From positions 1 through 64,000 of the forward strand of contig RHPI01003116.1 in assembly GCA_009103225.1 (NCBI GenBank): DNA of 64,000 bases. Reading direction: 5' to 3'. The notes under the pieces are model-generated. The model was not told the DNA's origin. It did no database searches and was given only the letters and a program-made list of their open reading frames with translations. The translations under genes and the position numbers were made by a program. The stretch comes from Chlorokybus atmophyticus (Eukaryota > Plantae > Mesostigma and Chlorokybus algae). Below are positions 1-20,145 of the stretch, piece by piece. How positions within the stretch are numbered: position 1 is the first letter of the stretch; each line of letters opens with the position of its first letter.

Positions 1-493
1 GATGTTACGCCTTCAAAGCATTACGCATGACTACAGACGCAGCATTGGCCATAACAAGCCAGCGAGTTGGACGGCTGGAAGATGTTTTGCCCTTGCAGCC
101 AGGTTGTCGCTGTGTCAACATGCATCAGTTGCGGATTCTTTTCCATGACCGACGACGGATTAGCAGGCAACTCGGGCAGACTTATTGATCGGTTTGAAAT
201 GTGCTTGCTAGACTTCTGGGCTCGAGAGACGATCCAACAGGCGCGCTTAACCGTACGTAGTACCACTGGTGGACACATCTGTGCTGAGCTGTCAGAGCTA
301 TCCGGCAGTGCGCGGCCTGTTCGTGCATGTACAGTTACCACTTTGTCAGATGTTGCTAAGCCAGCCTCAGGCCGCGTAACAGGCCACGTCGCGATGGAAT
401 ATTGTATATAAACCAACATGTTTGGGAAGGAGCCGTGGCATTGTCTATTCAGTGGTTGCTTCGTGCCAGAGTGAATCGGTCAGCGTCATAACC

Positions 494-2557
494 ATGGCGT
501 CGACCACTGCAGCCTCCATGAGCTGCCTCATCTTTCTGCTGCTGGTTGGGACGCAGATTATGTCCCAATGCACTGCCGCTGAAGACCTGCCAGGTTGGTG
601 TGTGCTGCACTTTGCAACGAATGTCCACATGTGCCTGTGACAATCTGTTTGCCGCTCTGCCACTGACTGGTTTGTGTGTTGGTCAGATATGGTTGAGCTC
701 GTTGGTCTGCAGTACATCAGCGCTGAGGAGGTGCACCAGGCAACAGCGGCTGCCAGCGCCAGCGACAGCGACATCCCTCCTCTCCGCATTCATCCCATCA
801 ACAACATCGACCGTGACAATGTTGCAGCTCAGAACACCAACGCCTCCACTGCTAGTGAGTGGCAGACATGCGTGATGGAACTGTCGGTGTTGCAGCAACT
901 GACAAAAGTGTTGTGTGCTGTGCAGAAGCGCCGAGTGGTGCAATCGACCCAGATGCTCAGACACACGCGGGTGGAGAGGGGCCCGTATCCGCCTATGCAG
1001 GTACACGACCGCCCCGCACAGTTACGCAACTCTGCGCACACACGTGTCTGTTTGCATGCGCGTGTATGCGAGTGCCACACAGCGCGCGTACATCCTTGCA
1101 CAAACGCGCACACATGCTTGTGCTGAACTCGCACAAAGGCCAGTTCTCTGCCGATCCCCGACATGCTTACTGAAATTGCTATCTGCCTGCACAGGTATCA
1201 ACTCCCCCATCCAGTACTTTCACGGTCCCGTGATGGGCCAGGGCAGGCCCGTGCACGTGTACTATGCCTATTATGGCAAATGGGACAGACTTCGCTACTC
1301 CAACAGCAAAACGCGTTTAACGCTCTTGACTCTTGCACAGGTGAGTCAAGTGCATCTGTTGAGCACATGCACACGTGACGTTGCAGACAACACTCTCACC
1401 ACATGTGGCAAGTAGGGTATCGGTAACACCGGGTGGTGGAAGAACATCGAGTCGCGTTACACTTCAAACAAAAAGCTCGGCCACTCCCCCGTCTTGTATA
1501 AGGGAAGCGTGATCTACAACGGCTACCATTTTGGGCACACGTGAGTGATCATCAACATGTTGGACTTGAGTGAACTTGCAGTTGCAACTGCTCTGCATCT
1601 GGACACAACTCTCAACTCTATGAACTTATGGTTGTGTGTGCGTGTGCAGTATCACCTCCAGCCAAGTGCAGCACCTCGCCCGCAACGCTGCGTTGAGTCC
1701 ACACTTTGGCAAGAAGGTTGATCCGAATGGCGTGTACTTCGTCATCACCGACAACACGGTCACCATATCTGGCTTGTGCACGTAAGCTTGACTCTGAAAG
1801 GGTGAAGAGAGGTACAGTCTACCACAAGATCATCGTCGGGTCATTGTGTTGCAGGAAGTTCTGCGGTTGGCACACGTACGACAAGCACAACATGAAGTAC
1901 GCGTTCATCGGCAACGCCGCAACGCGCTGCCCCAAAAATTGTGGAGGCCCGCTGTCAATCAAGAAGTCTAGCGCTCCCAATGACTGGGCGGGTGATATGA
2001 TGGCCAGCGTTCTGGCACATGAGGTACGTGCGCGTGCTCGCGTCTGTCTCTTATGTATGTGCGTGAGTACGCGCACCTGTGCGCGTACACGATGAGGGAG
2101 ATCAGGCGTGACCTTGGCACACATGCACGCACGCACGCATAGGCTGTTGTGTGGGGGTGTGTTCGGGTGGGTGGGTGGGGAAGAGGGGGATGGGTCGGCG
2201 CACGTGCTGTCATCTTGTTGTTGAATCTTGCTCCTGATTGCGGTCCCCACAGCTGATGGAGGCCCACTCGGACCCGAGACTCAACGCATGGCATGATCAG
2301 AAGGGCAACGAGAATGCCGACAAGTGCGCTTGGACGTAAGTGTCCCCCAATGCATGTCATCACTTGGCCGCAGCAAGATTCGTCTCAACCAACAACACTT
2401 GAGATTGGGGTGCAGGTATGGCAAGCAGCACTTCCATGCTGGCAAGCGTTACAACACGCACATCAAAGGCAAGCGCTTCCTCATTCAGCAGAACTGGGAC
2501 TGGTTCCATGGCGACAACAAGAACGCTGCCTCCTCGTGCCGCATCACTCTCACTTGA
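494..2557 (+). CDS. Phi-1/EXORDIUM-like secreted protein (9 exons)
   Basis: GT-AG exons joined in frame by hand: 494-593, 687-854, 953-1000, 1195-1340, 1416-1540, 1650-1781, 1855-2023, 2253-2335, 2416-2557. Hydrophobic N-terminus (SCLIFLLLVG). Motifs QYFHGPVM..VYYAYYGKW, WWKNIE, NGVYFVITD, FCGWH, YAFIGNA..CP..C, AHELMEAHSDP..NAW, ENADKCAWTYG and FLIQQNW resemble the phosphate-induced protein 1 family. Confidence 0.85.
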
Positions 2558-3329
2558 GCGAAGACACCAACCGGAAGCGATTGGCTTTCCGTAACTGTTG
2601 TTTCGGACTTGAGTAGGCAAATGTCTAGAAGCACTGAGTGATAATCCTTCTCCAACGGATAGTGTTGGAGACCTTGAGCTATTGATCCTGTAGCTCACTA
2701 GGCCATCTCGTTGTGAGCAATAAAAGCTGCGCAATCCGTTGTGCAGCAATCTTGGAGACACATGCAGTGGTATGAGGCTTGTCGTGCACAGGTTGCATGG
2801 CTTGTTGCATGGCTTGTTGCATAGCAGACCGTGCCCCGCATTCTCTTGCATCATCCGCCAGGAACCAGCAGATAAGCATGTGGTCCATGAATACGGGCCT
2901 TTCGAGGTGATGTTGGTCAAGCTTTTACAACTCGGTTTGTCGCACTTTGGAACACTCAGTGCCTGCAGTGCTTCAATGTACTTGCACAGAAGCACGTCCT
3001 CTTGAGTCGAAGTTACGACTTGTTATGGAGGCGTCGACAAGCCAGGCCACCAATATGTCATGGGCCAGGTAAAGCCCAACGTTCTGTTACAAACACTTGT
3101 CGCATATACTATATCTACTGAACACAGGAGACAAATCGCCAATATACTACATCAACACGGCTCATGTCACAAACTGTAGTGGTTGATACCAGCACCCCCG
3201 TCAATGCTGATGACCTGTGACAGACTTGAACAGCCTGTCATCAACGAGCATTGCAACCACAGCAGCAATGTCTTCACTGTCCGCCAACCTTCCTGCTCAG
3301 AACGAGTTTGAGAACAAAGTCCAGCGACT

Positions 3330-3960
3330 AGGAAGGGCCGTTCACCATTGCCGAGATTATCTCTGACGGGAGAGTGAAACCAGGCGCGATCACGTTTCAC
3401 GCGCACGCCTCTTTGCGCAACCTTCACAACAACATGTTGCACATGACGCTGACATGCGTGCCTGCGTGCGTGTTCATGGCTTGTTGGTCAACTTGTGGCT
3501 GACCTCGACGGCTGCAGAGATAGTAAAGCTGTTAGGAGCGGCCTTGCTGGCGCAGTAGCTGCTGCTGAGCGGCGTGTACACATGGCCAGAGATGCTTGTG
3601 TTGTTCACAACCGAGCCATGACCTTGCGCGAGCATCCGTCGCAGCTCTGCCTACGCTTGGACACATTGATGAGAATGAGTGATACAGAGTCCAGAGCCAT
3701 GTGAACCAGACCGAGTAAGCGCACAACGGTGGAAAATCCAACAATTACTGAAGGCTTCGTCAAGCTTCCCACGCGCTGTCAGAATGTCCGCTACCACCCA
3801 ACTTTAACATTTCACACAATCAACAGTCAGCGCTGGCTGCAATGCACCACACCAAGTGACACACCCAGAAATATACACCTAGCTTGACCTGCTCAATTTG
3901 CGCTGTGTCTGTCACGTCCAACACAGCGGCAGTTGCTGTCGCATGGGAGAGAAAGACATG
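3330..3960 (-). pseudogene. Short-chain dehydrogenase/reductase (SDR, FabG-like) pseudogene
   Basis: Minus-strand fragments VLDVTDTAQIEQ (~3890-3930), GKLDEAFSN (~3750-3780), MLAQGHGSVVNNTS..YCASKAA (YxxxK, ~3535-3640) and GVRVN-VIAPGFT with a 1-nt insertion (~3365-3410). In-frame TAG before AELRRM. No GxxxGxG N-terminus located. Confidence 0.65.
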
Positions 3961-6900
3961 GTTTGTGTCGTGAGAAAGGAGAAGCCAGTTTGAAAAGGAG
4001 GAGTTGCAACACTTGATGCCGTCAACTTGAAACTGCAAAAAGTGTCAAACGCATGCTGAAGGTGCACGCAAGAAGGGGTCACAGAAGCAACCGGCAAGCA
4101 AGCTTTTGGTTGTACACTATATTCTCTACATGAACATGCTTGGTGAATCAACAATTATCATTAACATGGTGTATTCTGTTGTACGTGCCTGTACTAAAAC
4201 GCTCTAAGGTATTAAAACGCTCAAAGTTCTCGCACTGTGTGTTGAGAGGGGCGTTGTAATGCTGCTTGCAAGCACATTGCTGACCACTCTTTAGCCTCAA
4301 GCCATTGACAATAGGCTCGCAAAAGGGGGTTGCATCAAGCGGAAATAGGCGTGCGGCTGTTGTGCGATACGTGTTGTGTAAGACGGGGTCGATTGAACGG
4401 CATGTGGTACACACGGTTATATTGCTCGACGTGCAGGGACTGCCACTTTGTCATCTACCAGGAGGTTTGACCATTTACCGACAGCGTCTGACGTGCGCGC
4501 TCCAGCGAGCGCAAGGACTGACGATCCTCGCAAGCGCGGCTGTGCCTGGGCGGGGCCCTGTGCTGATGTTGACGGTGACGATAGAGGAGGACGCCAGACT
4601 CGCCGCAGCTGCGCCGACACTTGTTATAGGCATGGTTAGCAATATGTCCGCATGAACACGTTGTGAGCTATATACTAGAGTGTTTGTGGTATGTGGCTGC
4701 GGATGTGGCATGCTGTGGCACGTTAAATGTAGTCGGTTTTCTATAACATGTTGTGCCATGGTTTTAACGTTCATGCACTAGCGCTGATGATACATAAACC
4801 TTACTTTGAAAGGATAGAGATGCTGGTGTTGACAAGACATACGCAATGCACACAACCATTGTGCAAGCCGTGCCTGTGTGTGCTTGGCAAGCACACACAA
4901 GAACTCGTGGGCCATTCATCAAGCATACCACATGATCTGGCCTTTGATTCAAAGACCGAAGAATGATGCGTATGCCACACCGTGGAGATGAAATAGCTTG
5001 CATTGTTGAATAAAGTGCATAAGTAGCATCATGTGATAATTATCAATTTGTCAATTATACCGTATTGCTATGTTAAACAACCATGATCATTGTTATTGCC
5101 GAGCATTGAATAAGAGTGCAACAAACATGCAACTACATTGTGAAGTATACTGATAAAGATTGCAAATTGCGAGAAATGATATGTTGTGTGTGGATGCATG
5201 CTATGTGTAATATCGCATTGTGTTTTGAAGTTAAACCGCAATTACTCTCAAATGTAAAGACGGACAGCTGTGTTGTGAATTCGTACATCAACACAAACTT
5301 AACTTAGCATGCTCAATTTTCAACACATTATATGTTTCAATGATTTTATCAATAACAAATACAAGATGTGAGTTCGAGAACAAAGGCACAATCTGTGGAT
5401 ATTCCGTTGCCAACATGCATTTATTGTGTGTTCATTAAGTGCAACCCAGCAATGTTGCAAGTGATATCCAATGTTGTTTTCTATGTGTGATGTACAACGT
5501 TGTAATGTGGCAAGTGTTTAATAAAATATTGCTATTCACTACGTAACAACCTGCCGTGCCTTTCGAACTCGTGCCATAGGTGTAAGGACTTTATTACCTT
5601 AAACATGCTGTGCGTTGCAAGAGTGTAACTGAGGATGTAACTGCCACCCTGAACCTTGAGCCTTATGCATTCGCACTTGAAAATGGCAAAGCAATAATAA
5701 AATAATACAACTTTACCATTTCCAAGTCAGACTATATGTCTTTTTAATCTATAAATATCATATCATTGGAAATATCATTTCATTGGTATTTCACGGCGGT
5801 GTTAGACGAGCCAAGCAAATTTTCTCGTTGTGGGCAAGTGCGGCGAGTACGTCTAGTCTGGTACAATCTTCTGTAGTCGGTTTTTTATACGCAGTTGATT
5901 AGCAGCACTTTGATACGCAGTTGATATAGCAGCAATGCAATGCTTCACTGACAGATTCAACTTGTTGGTTCACTTCATTCACTTAGTGAACAATCACTTG
6001 AAACTTGAGAAAGGGTTACGCCCTCAACATTCATAAGTGCGGGGAGGCGCGTCGCCACCAGAGAGTGCCGGCGGCAAGGGAGATAAAGAACCCTGCTCAA
6101 CTTCCAATTCTCTCCCCAACCTCGCTTAGGTTAAATCCGACTTTTAGGCGTGTATTTGCGTATCCACGAATCCGCATATCTTTTCAAATGGCTAAATCCT
6201 CTTGCGGCTATGGGACGCGCGCCAAGTAGGTGCTAGCATACGCCGCTAAAAAGCTAGTCCATGCCTTTGAGATTTTCGCGACTGTTTGCTCGGCCGGGGT
6301 ACTTATGATTATAGCGCCTTCGCTTAATCCTACCCGCATAAAGTCTTAGGGGTTTTCTTTCTCCAAATAGATTCAGCTATAAGTAATTGTTATGTTCTGA
6401 GCTAATTGACTTGTCGTACGCTAACCGTCCTTCGCGGCTTCCCATCACCGCATGAGGAGTCGGAACCCCTAAACCCTCGGTACTTAGGTAGTGATAAATG
6501 TTTATACCTTTTTCGCTACCTTTCGAATCCCAACTTAGGCCTAGGCCTAATTCGATGTAACTTTGCGGAAGGAGCACCTACCTCACCGCATTGATTTCCA
6601 CGAACATAGTTGGCACACGGAAGGTTGCTCCCCAAATGCAGATGCCACAAGCATTCACACACACTGAGAATCAACCATGCACGCTAAGTACTACTTAACG
6701 TAAGGATTAGCTGCATCTGCAGAAGGACTTCTGAAGTTTGTCCTTTAAAAGCCTGTCCTTGCTCACCTCTGACCTCAAGTATAGTATCATGCGGCAGTCG
6801 TCACATTTGCGCGACCTTTATGCTAGGCGATGAAAGCCCCGTAATTTCTAATGATGTTATTGGTCTGCCAATCTCATCATATCTTTTAACGGGCTTGCCA

Positions 6901-9900
6901 GAGGAAGAAGTTGATTCTTTGGTCTGTCATTTTCAATGAGCTAACCGGAGGATTAGGGACATAACCAACATGTGGCCTGTATCACCACATGACAACTCTC
7001 CCATCCGCAAACATGTAAATGTGAACTCGCAAATACAAGTTGGTGCTTCTCATTGTAGTCTCACTTGATACCTAGCGTGGTCCAACCCCTAAGTGGAGGA
7101 CGACATCACGGGCAAGTTACCAAGTAATCATCGCGATAGTACTATCTTGGGTTCATACTATTCGCCATAGAACTCACCATAGACCTGCTGCACTAGCTCG
7201 AAGTCTCAAGCTGTTCCGGGGTAGCTGGCAAACGGGTGGCTTGCAGGCGCTGATGGGGCGCTCGGTGTGTACAGAGATGAGTGTGGGGTGATTGCGCGCG
7301 TGGAGGGCATGGTCCATCATCATGATGCTACCACAAGCCTCATCCTTGTGCGCACGCTGCCCATCAATTAACCACTGCATGTTTCACCTCCAGGCTAAAT
7401 AGAGGCCTTATATCATATCAAGCTGCCCTCCCCCCCCCCCCNATCGTCGCTGACATTGCCGCCGACCCCTTCAGCATCTCGCCTGGCTTGCCTTCATAAC
7501 CCTAGCAGCTAATGGCGTGCATGTCACCCACTTCACGTGTACATTGCACCTTGTGCGCGTTCGCAAGAACATTGTCGAATGCTTCATGAGAGATGCAGCA
7601 CATAAAGAGCTGCTACAACAACTATTTAAGTCGAAGATAGTCACCAACATGCATACAGTTTGTCGCTCATGGTAGCGTACGTGCATGTGCTGCTTGTGAT
7701 ATGTTTGCACAAAGCCTTGACGTCTCTAAGCTCGGAGCTGAGGGACGTCCATGCCTCAAGCAACGAGTCTCTCTACTTTTAGAGGATTGCGTAGGGGCCC
7801 TTGTGGCAGGCAAGTTGAAGTTGTCCATTGACTACATTGAGGCGCCGTTCATCGCCGATGTACGGCGATTGCAGGCTGCTGCTGACTGCCATTATACGTG
7901 AGTCACATGCTGCCACTGATGGGTGTCAATGACAGCCATCACATTTGCAGCTGTGTAACGTCCCGAAAGTTGAACAACTTAGGGTTACGGCGGCTGTGGC
8001 GGCGCGATAGCCGCCTTAACCCAAAGTCCTTACGAGGCGTGCAAGGTTGTTACAATAATTGACGGCGACGGCGGTAGCATCGTCGCGCTAGTGTGCAACA
8101 CAGGCGGATCCGTGCATCTATGCATGTGCGTGCGTGCGTGCATGTGGTGTTGAGTCATTGCATAGGGGCAGCTGACAACCAAAAGACCTGTGTGAGACGC
8201 ACAGCCCAAGGCGTGAGTCTGAATCATTGCTAAGTGCCATTTATAACCCAACAAGGCAAGGACTCAACTACAATGTGCATGCTAGTTAGCATGCACACTA
8301 TAATCGAGTCCTTGCCTTGCTCTTATCCTTGACCCTGCCGTTAAGCGAGCGAACTAGTTCAATCGCAGACAGTAGCCACGGTCTGCGATCGAGACATAAG
8401 AAGCTATACTGCAACACGATCAATGCTCCATCTGCTGTGTAGGCACCGCCGATATCTTATTGCAAAGTTGATAAGGTTGTAGGTGCAAACAGTTTGTTTT
8501 ACGTCTTCTCACCGCAGATTGCAGGCCCCTTTGTGTTGCATCTTGTTCAGATATTGATCTGAACGCATATGGTTGTTGTGCATTTTCATCGAGTTTGCAA
8601 ACTGTGAAACTGTCATGTCTTGTTTTCTCTACTTGCATGCATATGATTGTGACACGTGCAAGTAGGAAGGCGGGCTGCCCGCCAATGAGGCGGCCAGCCC
8701 GCGAAACGCACTGTAGGTGCGCCTCATTAGAAGCAGTTAAAGTCCAAATCGTTGGAATTGTCTTCATGCGTAAGTTGCCAATATGTCAACTCATTGACTA
8801 CCAACGGTGACAAGACCGATCGACTGTGTTGGCATTGCAAATTGAGAAATGGGTTGGTGGCGTCGGACTGCGCCGACACCTTTCTTAAACAAATTGCAAA
8901 GCAGCAAGTCGCAGTGAGTTGCAAGTACGCGGATTCAACCCAAGTTGGCGCAGAAGCGGCGGTGGCACACCCGAGATTGCCAAGCAACACTTGCGCCGAC
9001 ATGAATGTATGCATGCATGTCGGCTGAGTGAGAGCTAGCCTTCGTGTGTTGGCTACCCAAACCCTTGTGTTGCATACTTTAATACGTTGCTTTTTCTCAA
9101 TTTAGTGCTCGGGCGCACGTGCTTGTGCTATTCACGCGGGTGCGACCACTGCGCCCGTTGTCTGCAACCAGCATCACCTCTACAAAAAGACGCAAGTGCT
9201 GCAAATTGTCATTCACTGCTTAAATGCAAGTTGGTTTGGTATTTGCTTGCATGTTGCGGATTTGGTTCTTGCAATGCGTAATCTCGCTGTGCTTGACTTG
9301 AAAGAACAATCGCACGATAACACGTGTGTAGCAGCTGTGTGCATTTGTTTAAGCATTCCTGTTCAAGAGCTTATTAACTTGCAACTCACTACACAGCAAT
9401 TAGTCATCACTGCAGATGCGTGTGTGCTGAGATTGCCTCGATTGTGCTCTTTTGCGTGCAGGCTTGCATGCGTCTCATTAAGTAAGGCCAGGCTGACTAG
9501 GTCAGCCGGAGGCTTGAGGCGACCGGACTTTGCAAATCTCCAGCGGACTTTCCTCCGGTTTCTTCCTCTTCACGAATGAGTTGGTCAATGGCAACCATCT
9601 TCTTGCTGTAAACTATTGTCTTCCACCTTACAGCAACCGCAGCTGCAATAGCGAAGGAGATATAGCCACCACTTTTAACAGTCACAGCGGCAATAGCAGC
9701 AGCAGCGGCAGCACCAGGCAGCTGGTCTTCACCGGCGCAGCAGACTTCATCCATGTGGGGAATTAAGAGGTTCCGTGCCATTATCCTCCCCGTTTAGCTT
9801 CGAGCTGGCGTGTCGTTTCTCGGGGTGGAGGGTCACATTGTCTTGATGAGCTGCAATGGCAGCTCACGACATGAAGACACGGTACAAGCATAGAGTCCCC

Positions 9901-10461
9901 CCTTGCTTTTATGAAGTTGCAAGTGTGTTAACGTATGTTAGAAAAGGGTGTTCCACTAGGTCACATTAGCAAAAGACGCTAATTGTGGAGGACAATATGG
10001 ACTTATGCTACATTCGTCACAATGTACCAACACCTGTACCATCGTGAAAAGGCATAGTGTGCTATTGTACATGCACTGCCAGTGTGAAGGAAGAGATTAC
10101 TGGCATTTACGAATCTTTGTATTGCAGCAAGGTTACAAAATCACAACATGCACACGTAGCATCATTGTTAAGAATAATTGCTGAGTATAAACGAGCAAGA
10201 CTACCTATGTTAAATGCTACTATAGCTGAACAGTTCCTTAACCGCGTCATGAGCGGCATTTCATCGGGGATTTATCTTGATCATGCTTTACGTCAGTGAT
10301 CAGTTTTGTGCATCTCTTAGAGTCGTTTTTGCAGCACTTGATACCGTAGTGCCGCGGACTATCCGTCATTTAACAATTACAGATAAAGAGGTAATAAAAA
10401 TAAAACCCCCATGGCCGATCGGGGGCACAATGTAACCCATTGATAACAGGTGAAACCTTAA

Positions 10462-11786
10462 CACTAGGGATGTAGATAAATGTACACTTTAGTGAACATT
10501 TATCTCTTCTGCTGGGCATTGCTATAACAATTGCAAACCCTCACATTTCAAGCTAAAACTTTGTACACTTACTGCTAACTTTGTAAGCAACTTGTGTGCA
10601 AACTTTCAGCTTGAGTGGCCACTTGTGTTATAGATAACACCTTGGTAAGCGACCAAAACTGCAAAAGTCACTGTACACTTTTATGTACAGTTATGCAAGG
10701 GCCTTCAAAGTGTCCTTACGGCTGCATTTGTAGGAATTCCGCGGCATAAGGAACTCGTTGGATAGCTCTCATTGCGTAGAACAACTTTCATTGGTATTGG
10801 GGTTTGTCACAAGATTCCTTCGCTATACGATCGTTATTCCTATTTGAGTGAACCCGACGGGTCCTTCGACGGGTCCAATCAACAAACCCTAATCACAGTG
10901 TCAGACATCAGAATGCATAACTTGCAAACCACGCGGATTGCGACGCGGTTATTTTTCCTCGACACATCACGTCGAGAGCTATCCAACGATATATCACATG
11001 CAGAGTTGCTGCTTGATGTAGCCATCTGGCAATAGACGTTGACAACATTGTTGTTGCATGCTTTGCATTGGGTGTATCGACGTTGCTCAGCTCATACAAA
11101 CTTGGCAGTAGAGAGCACCCGTTGAGCTGCTCATCCTTAGAGGGATAACACAGCACGGTGAGCCCCGTCACTATTTAACGGGATTGATCAAACGGTTGCA
11201 CCCAGACAAGTGTCGCGCGCGCACAGCCGTCCGTTTATGGTCATACATGGACGGCTGATGGGCGACCATGTCGGTTCGCGCAAGCCCTCCAGGCCCTTAG
11301 GGTTTGGTGGGTGGGTCAAACATCGCTCAGAGCAACATATGTTAACGCCAGGGGCGATGTGCACAACAACAACAACAACGACGACGGCGGGGAGGTCGCC
11401 CTGCTGGAGGTTATTGAGAGGGAGGTCGTACAAGGCTGGCCTTTGGCTGCCATGAAGCAGCCAGAGCCAGCTCAGCGCTGGCTCTTCAGCGGCGGCGGAG
11501 GCAGCTGTCACATCGCCGTTGAGCCAGCCCTGGGCGGCAGGGAGGTGAGCTCTTGTGCGGTCTTTTAATACGCCGCACTTCTAGTGCTGCATGTGCACGT
11601 GCTCATCTCCTCAAAGGCTATTGTTGATGAGGAGCTGAGCGGTAGGCCCATTGCGCTGCTCAGGCAATGGGCAGGCTGTTCAGCATGCTTGAACATGTTG
11701 CATTGTCACATCACCACCGGCCAAGAAGGCCGTGCCAAGGAGGGACATCGAAATGTACACTTAAGTGTACATTTACATCCCTAATG
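10462..11786. mobile_element. Non-autonomous piggyBac-like TIR element (TTAA target site)
   Basis: TTAA at 10458-10461 and 11787-11790. The left end CACTAGGGATGTAGATAAATGTACAC and the reverse complement of the right end CATTAGGGATGTAAATGTACAC form an imperfect TIR. No transposase seen. Confidence 0.6.
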
Positions 11787-13946
11787 TTAACCCGGCTACA
11801 ATACAGTCTACAAGTGTGCTGAGATTATAACAAAACCCAAATTATATGTATAAAAAGAAACTGTCAGATAGTCTCCGACAGTACGGTAGTAACGCTGTTA
11901 TAGAGAGCATACATGCAGCACACTATGTAAGTTACTGGGAGTCCGTAAAGCACCATGTAAGTAAGGTATTTTGATTTAGTTTTTGTATATAGACATTCAA
12001 TTGGTACACTATGTGTATGCAGGCGTATAGCTATTTATATTAAAGGCAGCGGCAACTTGACTAACTACCGCAATTCTACAATCTCGGTCGAACGTGAATT
12101 CATGAAACTTGTTGAATTTATGTTCATTTATGTTCAAGCGCTATATACAAGACGTTGTAAAAGCTCCCTTATATCAACCCATGGCTGCAGTCACATTGTT
12201 AGAATCTCTTCAACTATAGCACGACCTGGTTGAACAACAGAGCTCAACGCATGTGCTCGCAGCTTTCACTAACAGTGTGCATACTCTGCGAAAAGGTATA
12301 AAGGTTTAGCATTGTGCTGCATTAAATGCCTCCGTTGCTGCCATCTTGTCCTTGCTAAGATAGTTTTACTCCACAAAATGTAAATAAGGCTATTGCCATC
12401 ACCATCGTCTACACTAATTTTTAACGGGTACCACAATCATAGTGAGACGTTACCATTAATGTCATTACCCTTATGATGGGCACAATAATATGCAATAGCA
12501 AGGGACGGTAGTTAGTGCAAGTGCAAAATACGTAAATGGACTATGACTGGTACGACAATGTTGTTGCTAGTGCGGAGACAATATTGTTGTTGCGAGCTGT
12601 ACCATAATATTTGTATGTACACTAGCTGACCAACATGGTAGACGCCAAGCACACATAAAAGCACACAAGCACACACGCTAATAAACAAGAGGCAAATATA
12701 TTACATGTGCTTAAAATAATCAGCTTGAAGGCAGGGGCAGCAAACTTTCCTATGTGCACTAGCTATGTCCGTGCAAAGACGGGGGAGCGGGCAGGCAAGC
12801 AGGTAGGCAAGCACTCTTACACAGGGCATGCAATAGCAAGGCCTAGCGGACTTGAGCAAGCAGGCGTACATGTACTGTTTCTTGCATCGTATCATGATAG
12901 TTCATTGATATGCAAAGTTCAACCCAGCTTTACTTGTTGCACTCTTGTGCATGTTATCTTGCTTGTACTTTGGTTAGATGCTTACAATGTAGATGTCTGG
13001 CATGTGCATCTAACTAAATTATCATGAGGACATGTCCAGCAGGATATGGCATTAGACATGTCAGTATTGGGATGGTTGAAAGTTATATCCATAATGCAAT
13101 ACTTATCGCTCATGCACACGTCAATGATGGTACACACAGTGTCCACACCTACACTCAGTCAGACAAGTACTTCCATATATGAATTCTGCTAGGATCCAGT
13201 GGTTACCTACTCGAAATGTCAGTTTTCAAAAATGAGTCATGTTGCACAAGCTACTTGCATCCGGTATTCCAAAAACAGTGCGATACGTACATATGCACGT
13301 ATCGCATTGATTCCATGTGTACGAATTATTTGCTGCTCAGCCCACATTCCTGCGAGGTAGTGCACACATATCCATCTACCAATCATAGCATAGTATGAAA
13401 TGCTATACTATGCCTTAACATGTACAATGTTTGTGCTCATTCATTGTGGCTTAAGCTCGAGCCTTTAATATCTTGAGGTTGCATATCCATGCGCACACAC
13501 TGTCATTTACTCGTGCTTGCAATAGTGCAGGCAGTAGTGCTTGGTTGGTGCAATTGTTAAGCTTGCATGAAGCATGACGATAACACATGACAAAATTTGA
13601 GATCTGTATGCAATACCTGAGCAATTGTTAAGCTTGCACTATCCTTGCACTAATGCAGTTCCGCCCTTCAACATCTGTACTTAATTGCGTTGCTTATTGA
13701 GTGGCTAAAGCTTCATCCTCTCTCATACCGTGTTGCATGATTTGTGTATAAATGATGCCCGGCATGCTAAAGGAGTAACCGAGAAACAGATATATAACAA
13801 TTTCTTGAAAGCATGGTGCCGAAAACATCGAAAACAACACAGTTGATTAGCACGCTGTACAGTGAACTCCAAGCCAGAGCAGATTAATCAATTAAACGTG
13901 CCTTGTAAACACTACACTGCCAAGGCACTAACGCCCACTCTTGGAA

Positions 13947-19971
<6,025 letters not shown>

Positions 19972-20145
19972 TCTTGCCGTCGACGCCAACGCCTACGCCG
20001 CCAGCAACGAGTGGGAGCTGACGCCGGTTTACGAACCGCGGTCGGCGCACTCGGTTAGCAGGAAGCCAGTTAGCTGGACTGTACTGAACCGGCACAGGCA
20101 TTCAAAAGTTTGGCCTTAATAGAGACCCTCTGAAGAGGCCCTGTA

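Noticed and set aside
5560-7450. AT-rich, transposon-end-like sequence
   Set aside because: No paired TIRs, TSD or coding remnant could be defined.
9497-9781. 94-aa minus-strand ORF MARNLLIPHMDEV.. with neighbouring short ORFs at 8420-9027
   Set aside because: No recognisable motif and no convincing spliced continuation. It cannot be supported as a gene.
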